A stretch of 56,513 nt of DNA, taken from NCBI GenBank assembly GCA_004431415.1, contig QPMI01000331.1:1-56513 (forward strand). Direction: 5' to 3'. Both the position numbers and the translations under genes were made by a program. The notes beneath the pieces were generated by a model, which made no database searches, was not told where the DNA came from, and saw only the letters and a program-made list of their open reading frames with translations. This document shows, piece by piece, positions 1 to 10,586 of the stretch. Numbering within the stretch: the stretch's first letter is position 1; every line of letters begins with the position of its first letter. This stretch comes from Cyanophora paradoxa CCMP329 (taxonomy: Eukaryota; Plantae; Glaucophyta).

Positions 1-189
1 CTGTTCGCCGCAGCCAGCTGCTCGGCGCGAGTCGGCCTGTCTCTCGCAGACAAGATCGGTGAGCTTACGTATGGTGCGAACCAGCGTCACGCGGGCGGAC
101 ACACGCCTCGTCTGATTGGCGACCCCCATGTCGCGGATCTCCCTGAACTCCCGGAAGCTGGCCAGCAGGCGAGGGTCGGCGTTTTGCAT
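1..189 (-). CDS. Small hypothetical ORF (MQNADPRLLASFREFREIRD...), runs off window edge
   Basis: Read by hand: ATG at 189 on minus strand, open to position 1, GC-rich third positions; divergent from ORF at 271 across a TATAAAAAAAA tract (~208-218). No homology recognised. Confidence 0.3.
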   Translation of the reverse strand, partial: MQNADPRLLASFREFREIRDMGVANQTRRVSARVTLVRTIRKLTDLVCERQADSRRAAGCGEQ

Positions 190-270
190 TGGCTTGTCGT
201 TTGGGGGTATAAAAAAAACAGCAGGGTACGGCGCAAATCTAGCTGGTCGCGGACCGGCCGGCGCGAGAAG

Positions 271-627
271 ATGGGCAACAGCAGCCGCCGCAGGCGCCGC
301 AGCTGCAGGCGCAGTAAGCCAACGCCCGAGGAGTACGCCCGCCGCGCCGCCAAGGGCCTGCACACGTGGAAGGAGCGCGAGGAGAGAGAACTCGCCCAGC
401 GCGAATCCAGGGCGTCCATTCGCGGCCTCATGATCAGCTCGCCCGACTACCCGGGCAACCCGCGCAACCGCGTCGCCCCGCCGGGGGCCGATGACGCGCT
501 GCAGCACAAGCTGGTTGTGCGCTGGCTCGAGAAGAACGAGCCCTTCGTGCGGGCCATCCACCTCGTCACCACTGCCTCGCACGCCAGTGCAAGCTCATCG
601 AGGGCTTCGTCTGGTCCTGGGGCCTGA
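271..627 (+). CDS. Small basic hypothetical protein (MGNSSRRRRRSC...)
   Basis: First ATG of ORF 184..627; strong G/C third-position bias, intronless; no recognised family. Confidence 0.4.
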   Translation: MGNSSRRRRRSCRRSKPTPEEYARRAAKGLHTWKEREERELAQRESRASIRGLMISSPDYPGNPRNRVAPPGADDALQHKLVVRWLEKNEPFVRAIHLVTTASHASASSSRASSGPGA

Positions 628-944
628 CCGACGACGAGGATGGCGGCGGCCCCGTCAACAGCAGCAGACCAGGTGCACGCCCCAGCCCGTGCCGCCCGTG
701 GCCCCCCCCTAGTCGTAGGGCGGGCAGGGTGTTAGTCTTATCTATGTGCGTACCGCGGCCCATCCCGCGACCTCCAGTTTGCGCGCTCACCGAAGTCGTA
801 GGGCGGGCATGCACCCCTCTTCCCCCCCCCCTCTCTCTCTGCCGATCCATGTGCGTACCGAAGATGTAGGACGGGTGCATCCACCCCTTGGTAGACTCTT
901 CACCGGGCCTGCCACCGCAATAAACGCGGTCTGCGGCACCGCCC

Positions 945-1157
945 TGCGGGGGCGCGGCGGCGGGGCGCGTGGGGCACGGCGGGGAGCGGGGAGAGCGGCG
1001 GGGAGCGGGGGGGGCTGAAGGGGCCCGGGGGGGCCCGGGGGAGCCCGGGGGAGCCCGGGGGAGCCCGGGGGGGGCGGGGGGGGCCTGGGGGGTCCTGGGG
1101 GGCCTGGGGGGGGGCTGGGAGGGTCCTGGGGGGCTAGGGGGGCCTGGGGGGGCCCCC
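945..1157 (+). repeat. G-rich low-complexity tandem (GGGGAGCCCGG / GGGGGCCTGG-like units), G-quadruplex-prone
   Basis: Directly visible runs of G4-G9 separated by 3-5 nt; second G-rich tract at 1352-1425. Confidence 0.8.
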
Positions 1158-1171
1158 TCGGAACTGTTGCG

Positions 1172-1348
1172 GCTCGCTGTGAGCTTAAACCGGTTACGCC
1201 CCGTGTAGCCTTTCCCAGCCCTTAGTGATGTACGGCGACCCACGGTGAGATGTCGGACATCCACAGCAAACTTGGCGGTTGTCTCTTAGGGCTGCGGATG
1301 CCTACGGAAGGCCCAACCGGTTCCCTGCTGTGAAAACGGATCACAGCG
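1172..1348. ncRNA. Candidate structured RNA/DNA element (nested stems)
   Basis: Nested complementary pairs: CGCTGTGA 1175-1182/TCACAGCG 1341-1348; AACCGGTT 1188-1195/1315-1322; CCGTGTAG/CTACGG; TCCCAGCCCT/AGGGCTGCGGA; inner GTGATGT/ACATCCAC. No family recognised. Confidence 0.3.
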
Positions 1349-1441
1349 GTTGGGGGGTGGGGGGCGGGGAGGGGGGGCGGGCCGGAGGAGTGCGGCGGGG
1401 CTGGGTGGGGCTGGGCGGGGGGCGGCAGGACTGGATGCTTT

Positions 1442-2215
1442 TAAATTCATGCGCCGGTAAAGAGTCTGACTTGGTATAGTAGAGCGAAGTTGAAAAATTA
1501 CGAACAGCGCACATGTGCACTGATTGAGGTACACACACAGCTATTTAGGGAATCGTCAAGCTTTGAGACCAGGCCGGCCGGCTGCTCAATTGGCCCACGA
1601 CCACGACCGCTCAATTGGACTGGCCCACGACCGCTCAATTGGAAGGACAGCTTGCTTCTATGAGTGTATTAGCACTCATGATCAGGGAGCATGACTTGCA
1701 AGGGCACGTCGCTTCCGGGACAAAAATTTGGTGAAGTACATTGAGGGCCTGGAAAGGCGGTGTTGGCAGAGAGAGTTAGGAAGCACCATCACGATGTCTG
1801 CAGATCTTGTCAGGCGGGGATGGTTTTTGGAGTGAGCAGCAACCGCACCTTCTGCTTCTGCCAGGGGACGCATCCAAGGCCAGGGGACATGATATTGCCT
1901 GGTATGGATGACACTATATTCATGCGTCGGTTAAGGGTCCAAGTTGACATAGTAGAAACGAATCTCACAGATTGCAGCTGACCTGATGAACCGCGCCTCT
2001 GCTACGTATACCAGCTCCCTCTCCTGGTATGATTTGTTATTTTTTTGGAGTACACTATATTCATGCATCGGTAAAGGGTCTTAGTTGACTAGTATAGAAG
2101 AGCGAGGATGACAAACCTCGTCGAGCCTCAGGGGGGGAGGGTCGAACTCGACGAAAGTTGTCTCAAAACTCTATACCTAGCGTGAGTTCGAGCGCTTTAC
2201 CGACGCATGAATTTA
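1442..2215. repeat. Segment bounded by 21-bp inverted repeats (TAAATTCATGCGYCGGTAAAG), with two internal direct copies
   Basis: 1442-1462 (+) vs 2195-2215 (-), one mismatch; related copies at ~1918-1935 and ~2059-2076. No TSD found. Confidence 0.5.
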
Positions 2216-2374
2216 GTGCACCCCACTGGGGTGGTTTAGCGTGTCCACCCCCTCCCCCCCCGACACAAGTCCGCCCCCGCGGTCACCCCCGTGCGCGTGG
2301 ACGCTTGCGGCGCCCGGCGGCGGCCTTCTGCTCCATCTCCGCGACGGCCGGCTCGAGTGTGCTCATCCGCTCCC

Positions 2375-3235
2375 TCAGACGCCTCTCCTCCCCGATCTGG
2401 ACGTGGGTCCTGCGCCACCTTTCTTCTCGGGCGTGGGGGCACGGGGGTCCTGGTCCTCGCGATCGGGGCGGGCGTTCGGACGGTCGCAGTAGTAGCTGGC
2501 GACAACGGGCCCGGTACCCAAGTCGCGGCGTTTGCCGTGGAGCTTGGCGGCGTCCATGCGGGCAAAGTGGCGGAGGGCGGTCAGGACGTGGGCGGGCTTG
2601 GGGTCCTCCTGGCGATGCAGGCGGGTGCTTTTGGCGTAGTAGGAGCCGAAGTTGGTGTACAGGAAGACAACAGGGCGCCCCAGCGTGGCCAGGCCCTGGT
2701 AGGTGCCCTCTTGCAGCTCGCAGAAGCTGGGGGGCTCGTCGCGGTGGCAGTTGGTGAGGATATCGAGGCAGATGATGGCGTGGGGGAGGGAGAAGACGAA
2801 GTCGGGGAGGTAGAGGGCGCCTTTGCCGGCGGAACAGGAGCCGCGCGCCGCGAAGACGAGGTCGGGTGAGACGGGGCGCCAGGCGGAGGGCGTGATGCCA
2901 TCCCCGACCGCCGCGACCTCCTTGGCGTGCCGCTCGGGGTCACCGAAGCGACTGGCCGCGCGGGCCCCGAGGCGGCAGGCGAGGCAGCATGCATCTGGGG
3001 CAGCGGGCTGGATCCAGTGCACGCCGCAGGCGGGGCAGGGGGGCTCCAGTGCCTCAGGGCCCGGCGGGGGCGCCCAGGCGCGCTCGGCAGCGCAGCGGGC
3101 TCGGCCGATGCACACGCGGCAGGCGTCGCTGGTCAGGGTGCTCTTCTTGACGCCGCAGCGGGCGCAGGGGGGGCGGGCGCAGCGGGGGCAGTCCTTGGGG
3201 CCAAGGAGCTTGCCGTTGCAACTGTCGCAGCGGTG
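2375..3235 (-). CDS. Cys-rich (multiple CxxC) protein with degenerate PD-(D/E)xK endonuclease-like domain, giant-virus type; 5' end cut by satellite
   Basis: ORF 2375..3115 extends upstream in frame (HRCDSCNGKLLGPKDCPRCARPPCARC...CRVC). YLPDFVFSLPHAIICLDILTNCHRD...CE...LGRPVVFLYTN resembles the RPDf...viiEvDEnqH...CE...pvvfIRfNPD pattern of NCLDV endonucleases (recalled, not searched). Confidence 0.5.
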   Translation of the reverse strand, partial: HRCDSCNGKLLGPKDCPRCARPPCARCGVKKSTLTSDACRVCIGRARCAAERAWAPPPGPEALEPPCPACGVHWIQPAAPDACCLACRLGARAASRFGDPERHAKEVAAVGDGITPSAWRPVSPDLVFAARGSCSAGKGALYLPDFVFSLPHAIICLDILTNCHRDEPPSFCELQEGTYQGLATLGRPVVFLYTNFGSYYAKSTRLHRQEDPKPAHVLTALRHFARMDAAKLHGKRRDLGTGPVVASYYCDRPNARPDREDQDPRAPTPEKKGGAGPTSRSGRRGV

Positions 3236-3343
3236 GGGTGGGTCATCTTCCTAAGGCTAGCGCCTTGTGCATATTCCCCCAGAGAGATTTGGGGTGCATC
3301 ATTCTTCTATTTTGTGGTGGATCGGAAATCTGGGGCCTTCGAC
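3235..3343 (-). repeat. Single inverted SatA monomer
   Basis: Reverse complement of SatA unit, followed by ~145-bp unrelated filler, then the forward array. Confidence 0.9.
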
Positions 3344-3489
3344 TGTGATGTGGAGTGTAGCTGGATCGGGTTCTGTGTCGTACTTTGCCCCCTACTTCGC
3401 CCCTCTTTCTCTTTCGGCATAGGATATTTGTATCCCCTTCGTGTGCCCCTGCACCCCAGTCTTGGTGTGTCCAATAATAAAGTGTCCAC

Positions 3490-6400
3490 GCTAGCCTTAG
3501 GCAGATGACCCACCCACCAGCAAGTCACTCAGTCAAAGGCCCCAGGTTTCCAATCTGCCAGAAAAAAGAAGAAAGATGCACCCCAAATCTCTCTGGGGGA
3601 ATATGCCCAAGGAGCTAGCCTTAGGCAGATGACCCACCCACCCACAAGTCACTAATTCAAAAGCCCCAGGTTTCCAATCTGCCAGAAAAAAGAAGAAAGA
3701 TGCACCCCAAATCTCTCTGGGGGAATATGCACAAGTTGCTAGCCTTAGGCAGATGACCCACCCACCCACAAGTCACTAAATCAAAAGCCCCAGGTTTCCA
3801 ACCTGCCAGAAAAAAGAAGAAAGATGCACCCCAAATCTCTCTGGGGGAATATGCCCAAGGCGCTAGCCTTAGGCAGATGACCCACCCACCCGCAAGTCAC
3901 TCAGTCAAAGGCCCCAGGTTTCCAATCTGCCAGAAAAAAGAAGAAAGATGCACCCCAAATCTCTCTGTGGGAATATGCCCAAGGCGCTAGCCTTAGGAAG
4001 ATGACCCGCCCACCCACAAGTCAATAAATCAAAAGCCCCAGGTTTCCAATCTGCCAGAAAAAAGAAGAAAGATGCACCCCAAATCTCTCTGGGGGAATAT
4101 GCACAAGGTGCTAGCCTTAGGCAGATGACCCACCCACCAGCAAGTCACTCAGTCGAAGGACCCAGGTTCAGGATCTGTGACAAAATCAAAGAGAGATGCA
4201 CCCCAAATCTCTCTGGGGGAATATGCACAAGGCGCTAGCATTAGGCAGATGACCCACCCACCAGCAAGTCACTCAGTCCAAGGCCCCAGGTTTTCAATCT
4301 GCCAGAAAAAAGAAGAAAGATGCACCCCAAATCTCTCTGGGGGAATATGCACAAGTTGCTAGCCTTACGCAGATGACCCACCCACCCGCAAGTCACTCAG
4401 TCAAAGGCCCCAGGTTTTCAATCTGCCAGAAAAAAGAAGAAAGATGCACCCCAAATCTCTCTGGGGGAATATGCACAAGGCGCTAGCCTTAGGCAGATGA
4501 CCCACCCACCAGCAAGTCACTCAGATGATGGACCCAGGTTCAGGATCTGTGACAAAATCAAAGAAAGATGCACCCCAAATCTCTCTGGGGGAATATGCAC
4601 AAGTTGCTAGCCTTAGGCAGATGACCCACCCAAAGCAAGTCATTCAGTCAAAGGCCCCAGGTTTTCAATCTGCCAGAAAAAAGAAGAAAGATGCACTTCA
4701 AATCTCTCTGGGGGAATATGCACAAGTTGCTAGCCCTAGGCAGATGACCCACCCAAAAGCAAGTCACTCAGTCAAAGGCCCCAGGTTTTCAATCTGCCAA
4801 AAAAAAGAAGAAAGATGCACCCCAAATCTCTCTGGGGGAATATGCACAAGGCGCTAGCCTTAGGCAGATGACCCACCCACCAGCAAGTCACTCAGTCAAA
4901 GGCCCCAGGTTTCCAATCTGCCAGAAAAAAGAAGAAAGATGCACCCCAAATCTCTCTGGGGAATATGCCAAGGCGCTAGCCTTAGGCAGATGACCCACCC
5001 ACCCACAAGTCACTAAATCAAAAGCCCCAGGTTTCCAATCTGCCAGAAAAAAGAAGAAAGATGCACCCCAAATCTCTCTGGGGGAATATGCACAAGTTGC
5101 TAGCCTTAGGCAGATGACCCACCCAAAGCAAGTCACTCAGTCAAAGGCCCCAGGTTTCCAATCTGCCAGAAAAAAGAAGAAAGATGCACCCCAAATCTCT
5201 CTGGGGGAATATGCCCAAGGCGCTAGCCTTAGGCAGATGACCCACCCACCCGCAAGTCACTCAGTCAAAGGCCCCAGGTTTCCAATCTGCCAGAAAAAAG
5301 AAGAAAGATGCACCCCAAATCTCTCTGGGGGAATATGCACAAGGTGCTAGCCTTAGGCAAATGACCCACCCACCAGCAAGTCACTCAGACGATGGACCCA
5401 GGTTCAGGATCTGTGACAAAATCAAAGAGAGATGCATCCCAAATCTCTCTGGGGGAATATGCACAAGGCGCTAGCCTTAGGCAGATGACCCACCCAAAAG
5501 CAAGTCATTCAGTCCAAGGCCCCAGGTTTTCAATCTGCCAGAAAAAAGAAGAAAGATGCACTTCAAATCTCTCTGGGGGAATATGCACAAGTTGCTAGCC
5601 CTAGGCAGATGACCCACCCAAAAGCAAGTCACTCAGTCAAAGGCCCCAGGTTTTCAATCTGCCAAAAAAAAGAAGAAAGATGCACCCCAAATCTCTCTGG
5701 GGGAATATGCACAAGGCGCTAGCCTTAGGCAGATGACCCACTCACCAGCAAGTCACTCAGTCAAAGGCCCCAGGTTTCCAATCTGCCAGAAAAAAGAAGA
5801 AAGATGCACCCCAAATCTCTCTGGGGGAATATGCCCAAGGCGCTAGCCTTAGGCAGATGACCCACCCACCCACAAGTCACTAATTCAAAAGCCCCAGGTT
5901 TCCAATCTGCCAGAAAAAAGAAGAAAGATGCACCCCAAATCTCTCTGGGGGAATATGCGCAAGTTGCTAGCCTTAGGCAGATGACCCACCCACCAGCAAG
6001 TCACTCAGTCAAAGGCCCCAGGTTTCCAATCTGCCAGAAAAAAGAAGAAAGATGCACCCCAAATCTCTCTGGGGGAATATGCACAAGGTGCTAGCCTTAG
6101 GCAGATGACCCACCCACCAGCAAGTCACTCAGTCGAAGGACCCAGGTTCAGGATCTGTGACAAAATCAAAGAGAGATGCACCCCAAATCTCTCTGGGGGA
6201 ATATGCACAAGTTGCTAGCCTTAGGCAGATGACCCACCCAAAAGCAAGTCACTCAGTCAAAGGCCCCAGGTTTTCAATCTGCCAGAAAAAAGAAGAAAGA
6301 TGCACCCCAAATCTCTCTGGGGGAATATGCACAAGGCGCTAGCCTTAGGCAGATGACCCACCCACCAGCAAGTCACTCAGTCGAAGGCCCCAGGTTTCCG

Positions 6401-9400
6401 ATCTGCCAGAAAATAGAAGAAAGATGCACCCCAAATCTCTCTGGGGGAATATGCACAAGGCGCTAGCCTTAGGCAAATGACCCACCCACCAGCAAGTCAC
6501 TCAGTTGATGGACCCAGGTTCAGATCTGTGACAAAATCAAAGAAAGATGCACCCCAAATCTCTCTGGGGAATATGCACAAGTTGCTAGCCTTAGGCAGAT
6601 GACCCACCCAAAGCAAGTCATTCAGTCAAAGGCCCCAGGTTTTCAATCTGCCAGAAAAAAGAAGAAAGATGCACTTCAAATCTCTCTGGGGGAATATGCA
6701 CAAGTTGCTAGCCTTAGGCAGATGACCCACCCAAAAGCAAGTCACTCAGTCAAAGGCCCCAGGTTTCCAATCTGCCAGAAAAAAGAAGAAAGATGCACCC
6801 CAAATCTCTCTGGGGGAATATGCCCAAGGCGCAAGCCTTAGGCAGATGACCCACCCACCCACAAGTCACTAATTCAAAAGCCCCAGGTTTCCAATCTGCC
6901 AGAAAAAAGAAGAAAGATGCACCCCAAATCTCTCTGGGGGAATATGCACAAGGTGCTAGCCTTAGGCAGATGACCCACCCACCAGCAAGTCACTCAGTCA
7001 AAGGCCCCAGGTTTCCAATCTGCCAGAAAAAAGAAGAAAGATGCACCCCAAATCTCTCTGGGGGAATATGCCCAAGGCGCTAGCCTTAGGCAGATGACCC
7101 ACCCACCAGCAAGTCACTCAGTCAAAGGCCCCAGGTTTCCAATCTGCCAGAAAAAAGAAGAAAGATGCACCCCAAATCTCTCTGGGGGAATATGCACAAG
7201 GCGCTAGCCTTAGGCAGATGACCCACCCACCAGCAAGTCACTCAGTCGAAGGACCCAGGTTCAGGATCTGTGACAAAATCAAAGAGAGATGCATCCCAAA
7301 TCTCTCTGGGGGAATATGCACAAGTTGCTAGCCTTAGGCAGATGACCCACCCAAAAGCAAGTCATTCAGTCAAAGGCCCCAGGTTTCAATCTGCCAAAAA
7401 AAAGAAGAAAGATGCACCCCAAATCTCTCTGGGGGAATATGCACAAGGCGCTAGCCTTAGGCAGATGACCCACCCACCAGCAAGTCACTCAGTCAAAGGC
7501 CCCAGGTTTCCAATCTGCCAGAAAAAAGAAGAAAGATGCACCCCAAATCTCTCTGGGGGAATATGCCCAAGGCGCTAGCCTTAGGCAGATGACCCACCCA
7601 AAAGCAAGTCACTCAGTCAAAGGCCCCAGGTTTTCAATCTGCCAGAAAAAAGAAGAAAGATGCACCCCAAATCTCTCTGGGGGAATATGCACAAGGCGCT
7701 AGCCTTAGGCAGATGACCCACCCACCAGCAAGTCACTCAGTCGAAGGCCCCAGATTTCCGATCTGCCAGAAAATAGAAGAAAGATGCACCCCAAATCTCT
7801 CTGGGGGAATATGCACAAGGTGCTAGCCTTAGGCAAATGACCCACCCACCAGCAAGTCACTCAGATGATGGACCCAGGTTCAGGATCTGTGACAAAATCA
7901 AAGAAAGATGCACCCCAAATCTCTCTGGGGGAATATGCACAAGTTGCTAGCCTTAGGCAGATGACCCACCCAAAAGCAAGTCATTCAGTCAAAGGCCCCA
8001 GGTTTTCAATCTGCCAAAAAAAAGAAGAAAGATGCACCCCAAATCTCTCTGGGGGAATATGCACAAGTAACTAGCCTTAGGCAGATGACCCACCCACCAG
8101 CAAGTCACTCAGTCAAAGGCCCCAGGTTTCCAATCTGCCAGAAAAAAGAAGAAAGATGCACCCCAAATCTCTCTGGGGGAATATGCACAAGGCGCTAGCC
8201 TTAGGCAGATGACCCACCCACCCACAAGTCACTTATTCAAAAGCCCCAGGTTTCCAATCTGCCAGAAAAAAGAAGAAAGATGCACCCCAAATCTCTCTGG
8301 GGGAATATGCACAAGGCGCTAGCCTTAGGCAGATGACCCACCCAAAAGCAAGTCACTCAGTCAAAGGCCCCAGGTTTTCAATCTGCCAGAAAAAAGAAGA
8401 AAGATGCACCCCAAATCTCTCTGGGGGAATATGCACAAGGCGCTAGCCTTAGGCAGATGACCCACCCACCAGCAAGTCACTCAGTCAAAGGCCCCAGGTT
8501 TCCAATCTGCCAGAAAAAAGAAGAAAGATGCACCCCAAATCTCTCTGGGGAATATGCACAAGGCGCTAGCCTTAGGCAGATGACCCACCCACCCACAAGT
8601 CACTAAATCAAAAGCCCCAGGTTTCCAATCTGCCAGAAAAAAGAAGAAAGATGCACCCCAAATCTCTCTGGGGGAATATGCCCAAGGCGCTAGCCTTAGG
8701 CAGATGACCCACCCAAAAGCAAGTCACTCAGTCAAAGGCCCCAGGTTTTCAATCTGCCAGAAAAAAGAAGAAAGATGCACCCCAAATCTCTCTGGGGGAA
8801 TATGCACAAGGCGCTAGCCTTAGGCAGATGACCCACCCACCAGCAAGTCACTCAGTCGAAGGCCCCAGATTTCCGATCTGCCAGAAAATAGAAGAAAGAT
8901 GCACCCCAAATCTCTCTGGGGGAATATGCACAAGGTGCTAACCTTAGGCAAATGACCCACCCACCAGCAAGTCACTCAGATGATGGACCCAGGTTCAGGA
9001 TCTGTGACAAAATCAAAGAAAGATGCACCCCAAATCTCTCTGGGGGAATATGCACAAGTTGCTAGCCTTAGGCAGATGACCCACCCAAAAGCAAGTCATT
9101 CAGTCAAAGGCCCCAGGTTTCCAATCTGCCAGAAAAAAGAAGAAAGATGCACCCCAAATCTCTCTGGGGGAATATGCACAAGGTGCTAGCCTTAGGCAAA
9201 TGACCCACCCACCAGCAAGTCACTCAGACGATGGACCCAGGTTCAGGATCTGTGACAAAATCAAAGAGAGATGCATCCCAAATCTCTCTGGGGGAATATG
9301 CACAAGTTGCTAGCCTTAGGCAGATGACCCACCCAAAAGCAAGTCATTCAGTCAAAGGCCCCAGGTTTTCAATCTGCCAAAAAAAAGAAGAAAGATGCAC

Positions 9401-10395
9401 CCCAAATCTCTCTGGGGGAATATGCACAAGTAACTAGCCTTAGGCAGATGACCCACCCACCAGCAAGTCACTCAGTCAAAGGCCCCAGGTTTCCAATCTG
9501 CCAGAAAAAAGAAGAAAGATGCACCCCAAATCTCTCTGGGGGAATATGCCCAAGGCGCTAGCCTTAGGCAGATGACCCACCCACCCACAAGTCACTTATT
9601 CAAAAGCCCCAGGTTTCCAATCTGCCAGAAAAAAGAAGAAAGATGCACCCCAAATCTCTCTGGGGGAATATGCCCAAGGCGCTAGCCTTAGGCAGATGAC
9701 CCACCCAAAAGCAAGTCACTCAGTCAAAGGCCCCAGGTTTTCAATCTGCCAGAAAAAAGAAGAAAGATGCACCCCAAATCTCTCTGGGGGAATATGCACA
9801 AGGCGCTAGCCTTAGGCAGATGACCCACCCACCAGCAAGTCACTCAGTCGAAGGCCCCAGATTTCCGATCTGCCAGAAAATAGAAGAAAGATGCACCCCA
9901 AATCTCTCTGGGGGAATATGCACAAGGTGCTAGCCTTAGGCAAATGACCCACCCACCAGCAAGTCACTCAGATGATGGACCCAGGTTCAGGATCTGTGAC
10001 AAAATCAAAGAAAGATGCACCCCAAATCTCTCTGGGGGAATATGCACAAGTTGCTAGCCTTAGGCAGATGACCCACCCAAAAGCAAGTCATTCAGTCAAA
10101 GGCCCCAGGTTTTCAATCTGCCAGAAAAAAGAAGAAAGATGCACTTCAAATCTCTCTGGGGGAATATGCACAAGTTGCTAGCCTTAGGCAGATGACCCAC
10201 CCAAAAGCAAGTCACTCAGTCAAAGGCCCCAGGTTTTCAATCTGCCAGAAAAAAGAAAAAAGATGCACCCCAAATCTCTCTGGGGGAATATGCACAAGGC
10301 GCTAGCCTTAGGCAGATGACCCACCCACCAGCAAGTCACTCAGTCAAAGGCCCCAGGTTTCCAATCTGCCAGAAAAAAGAAGAAAGATGCACCCC
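3490..10395 (+). repeat. Satellite A array, ~124-bp monomer, ~56 copies
   Basis: CTAGCCTTAG recurs at 3491 and 3615 (period 124); several recurring monomer variants. Confidence 0.98.
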
Positions 10396-10518
10396 TGATA
10401 GGTCAGTGGTCGAGCCCGTAGGCTGATATCCCCCCTCGGGGGGGGGAACGGACCCAGTCTTGGTAGACTTGTTTTTTCTGTCTTGTGTCTTTTTGTTTTG
10501 TTTGCGGTGCTACCACCA
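10396..10518 (+). repeat. 5' LTR (123 bp)
   Basis: TGATAGG...CTACCACCA; no difference seen versus 15046-15168. Confidence 0.95.
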
Positions 10519-10522
10519 TTTG

Positions 10523-10538
10523 TGGTAGCATCGGTAGG
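10523..10538 (+). promoter_or_regulatory. Primer-binding site, tRNA-iMet-like (TGGTAGCATCGGTAGG)
   Basis: Begins TGG 4 nt after the LTR; TGGTAGC start matches the complement of eukaryotic initiator tRNA 3' ends (...GCUACCA). The host tRNA is not in the window. Confidence 0.75.
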
Positions 10539-10586
10539 CTTTCCAATCTGAAACTAAGAAGTGGAAAATCGCTTGCCAGTGCAGTA

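Noticed and set aside
566-1264. Pro-rich 232-aa ORF
   Set aside because: Produced by low-complexity G/C tracts lacking stop codons.
3307-10181. Many short ORFs in SatA (and in SatB at 23399-25125)
   Set aside because: Translations of satellite DNA; monomer lengths are not multiples of three.
10485-10586. GTG start for gag inside the LTR
   Set aside because: Overlaps LTR and PBS; first ATG is 10587, although a non-AUG start near LRSGK is not excluded.
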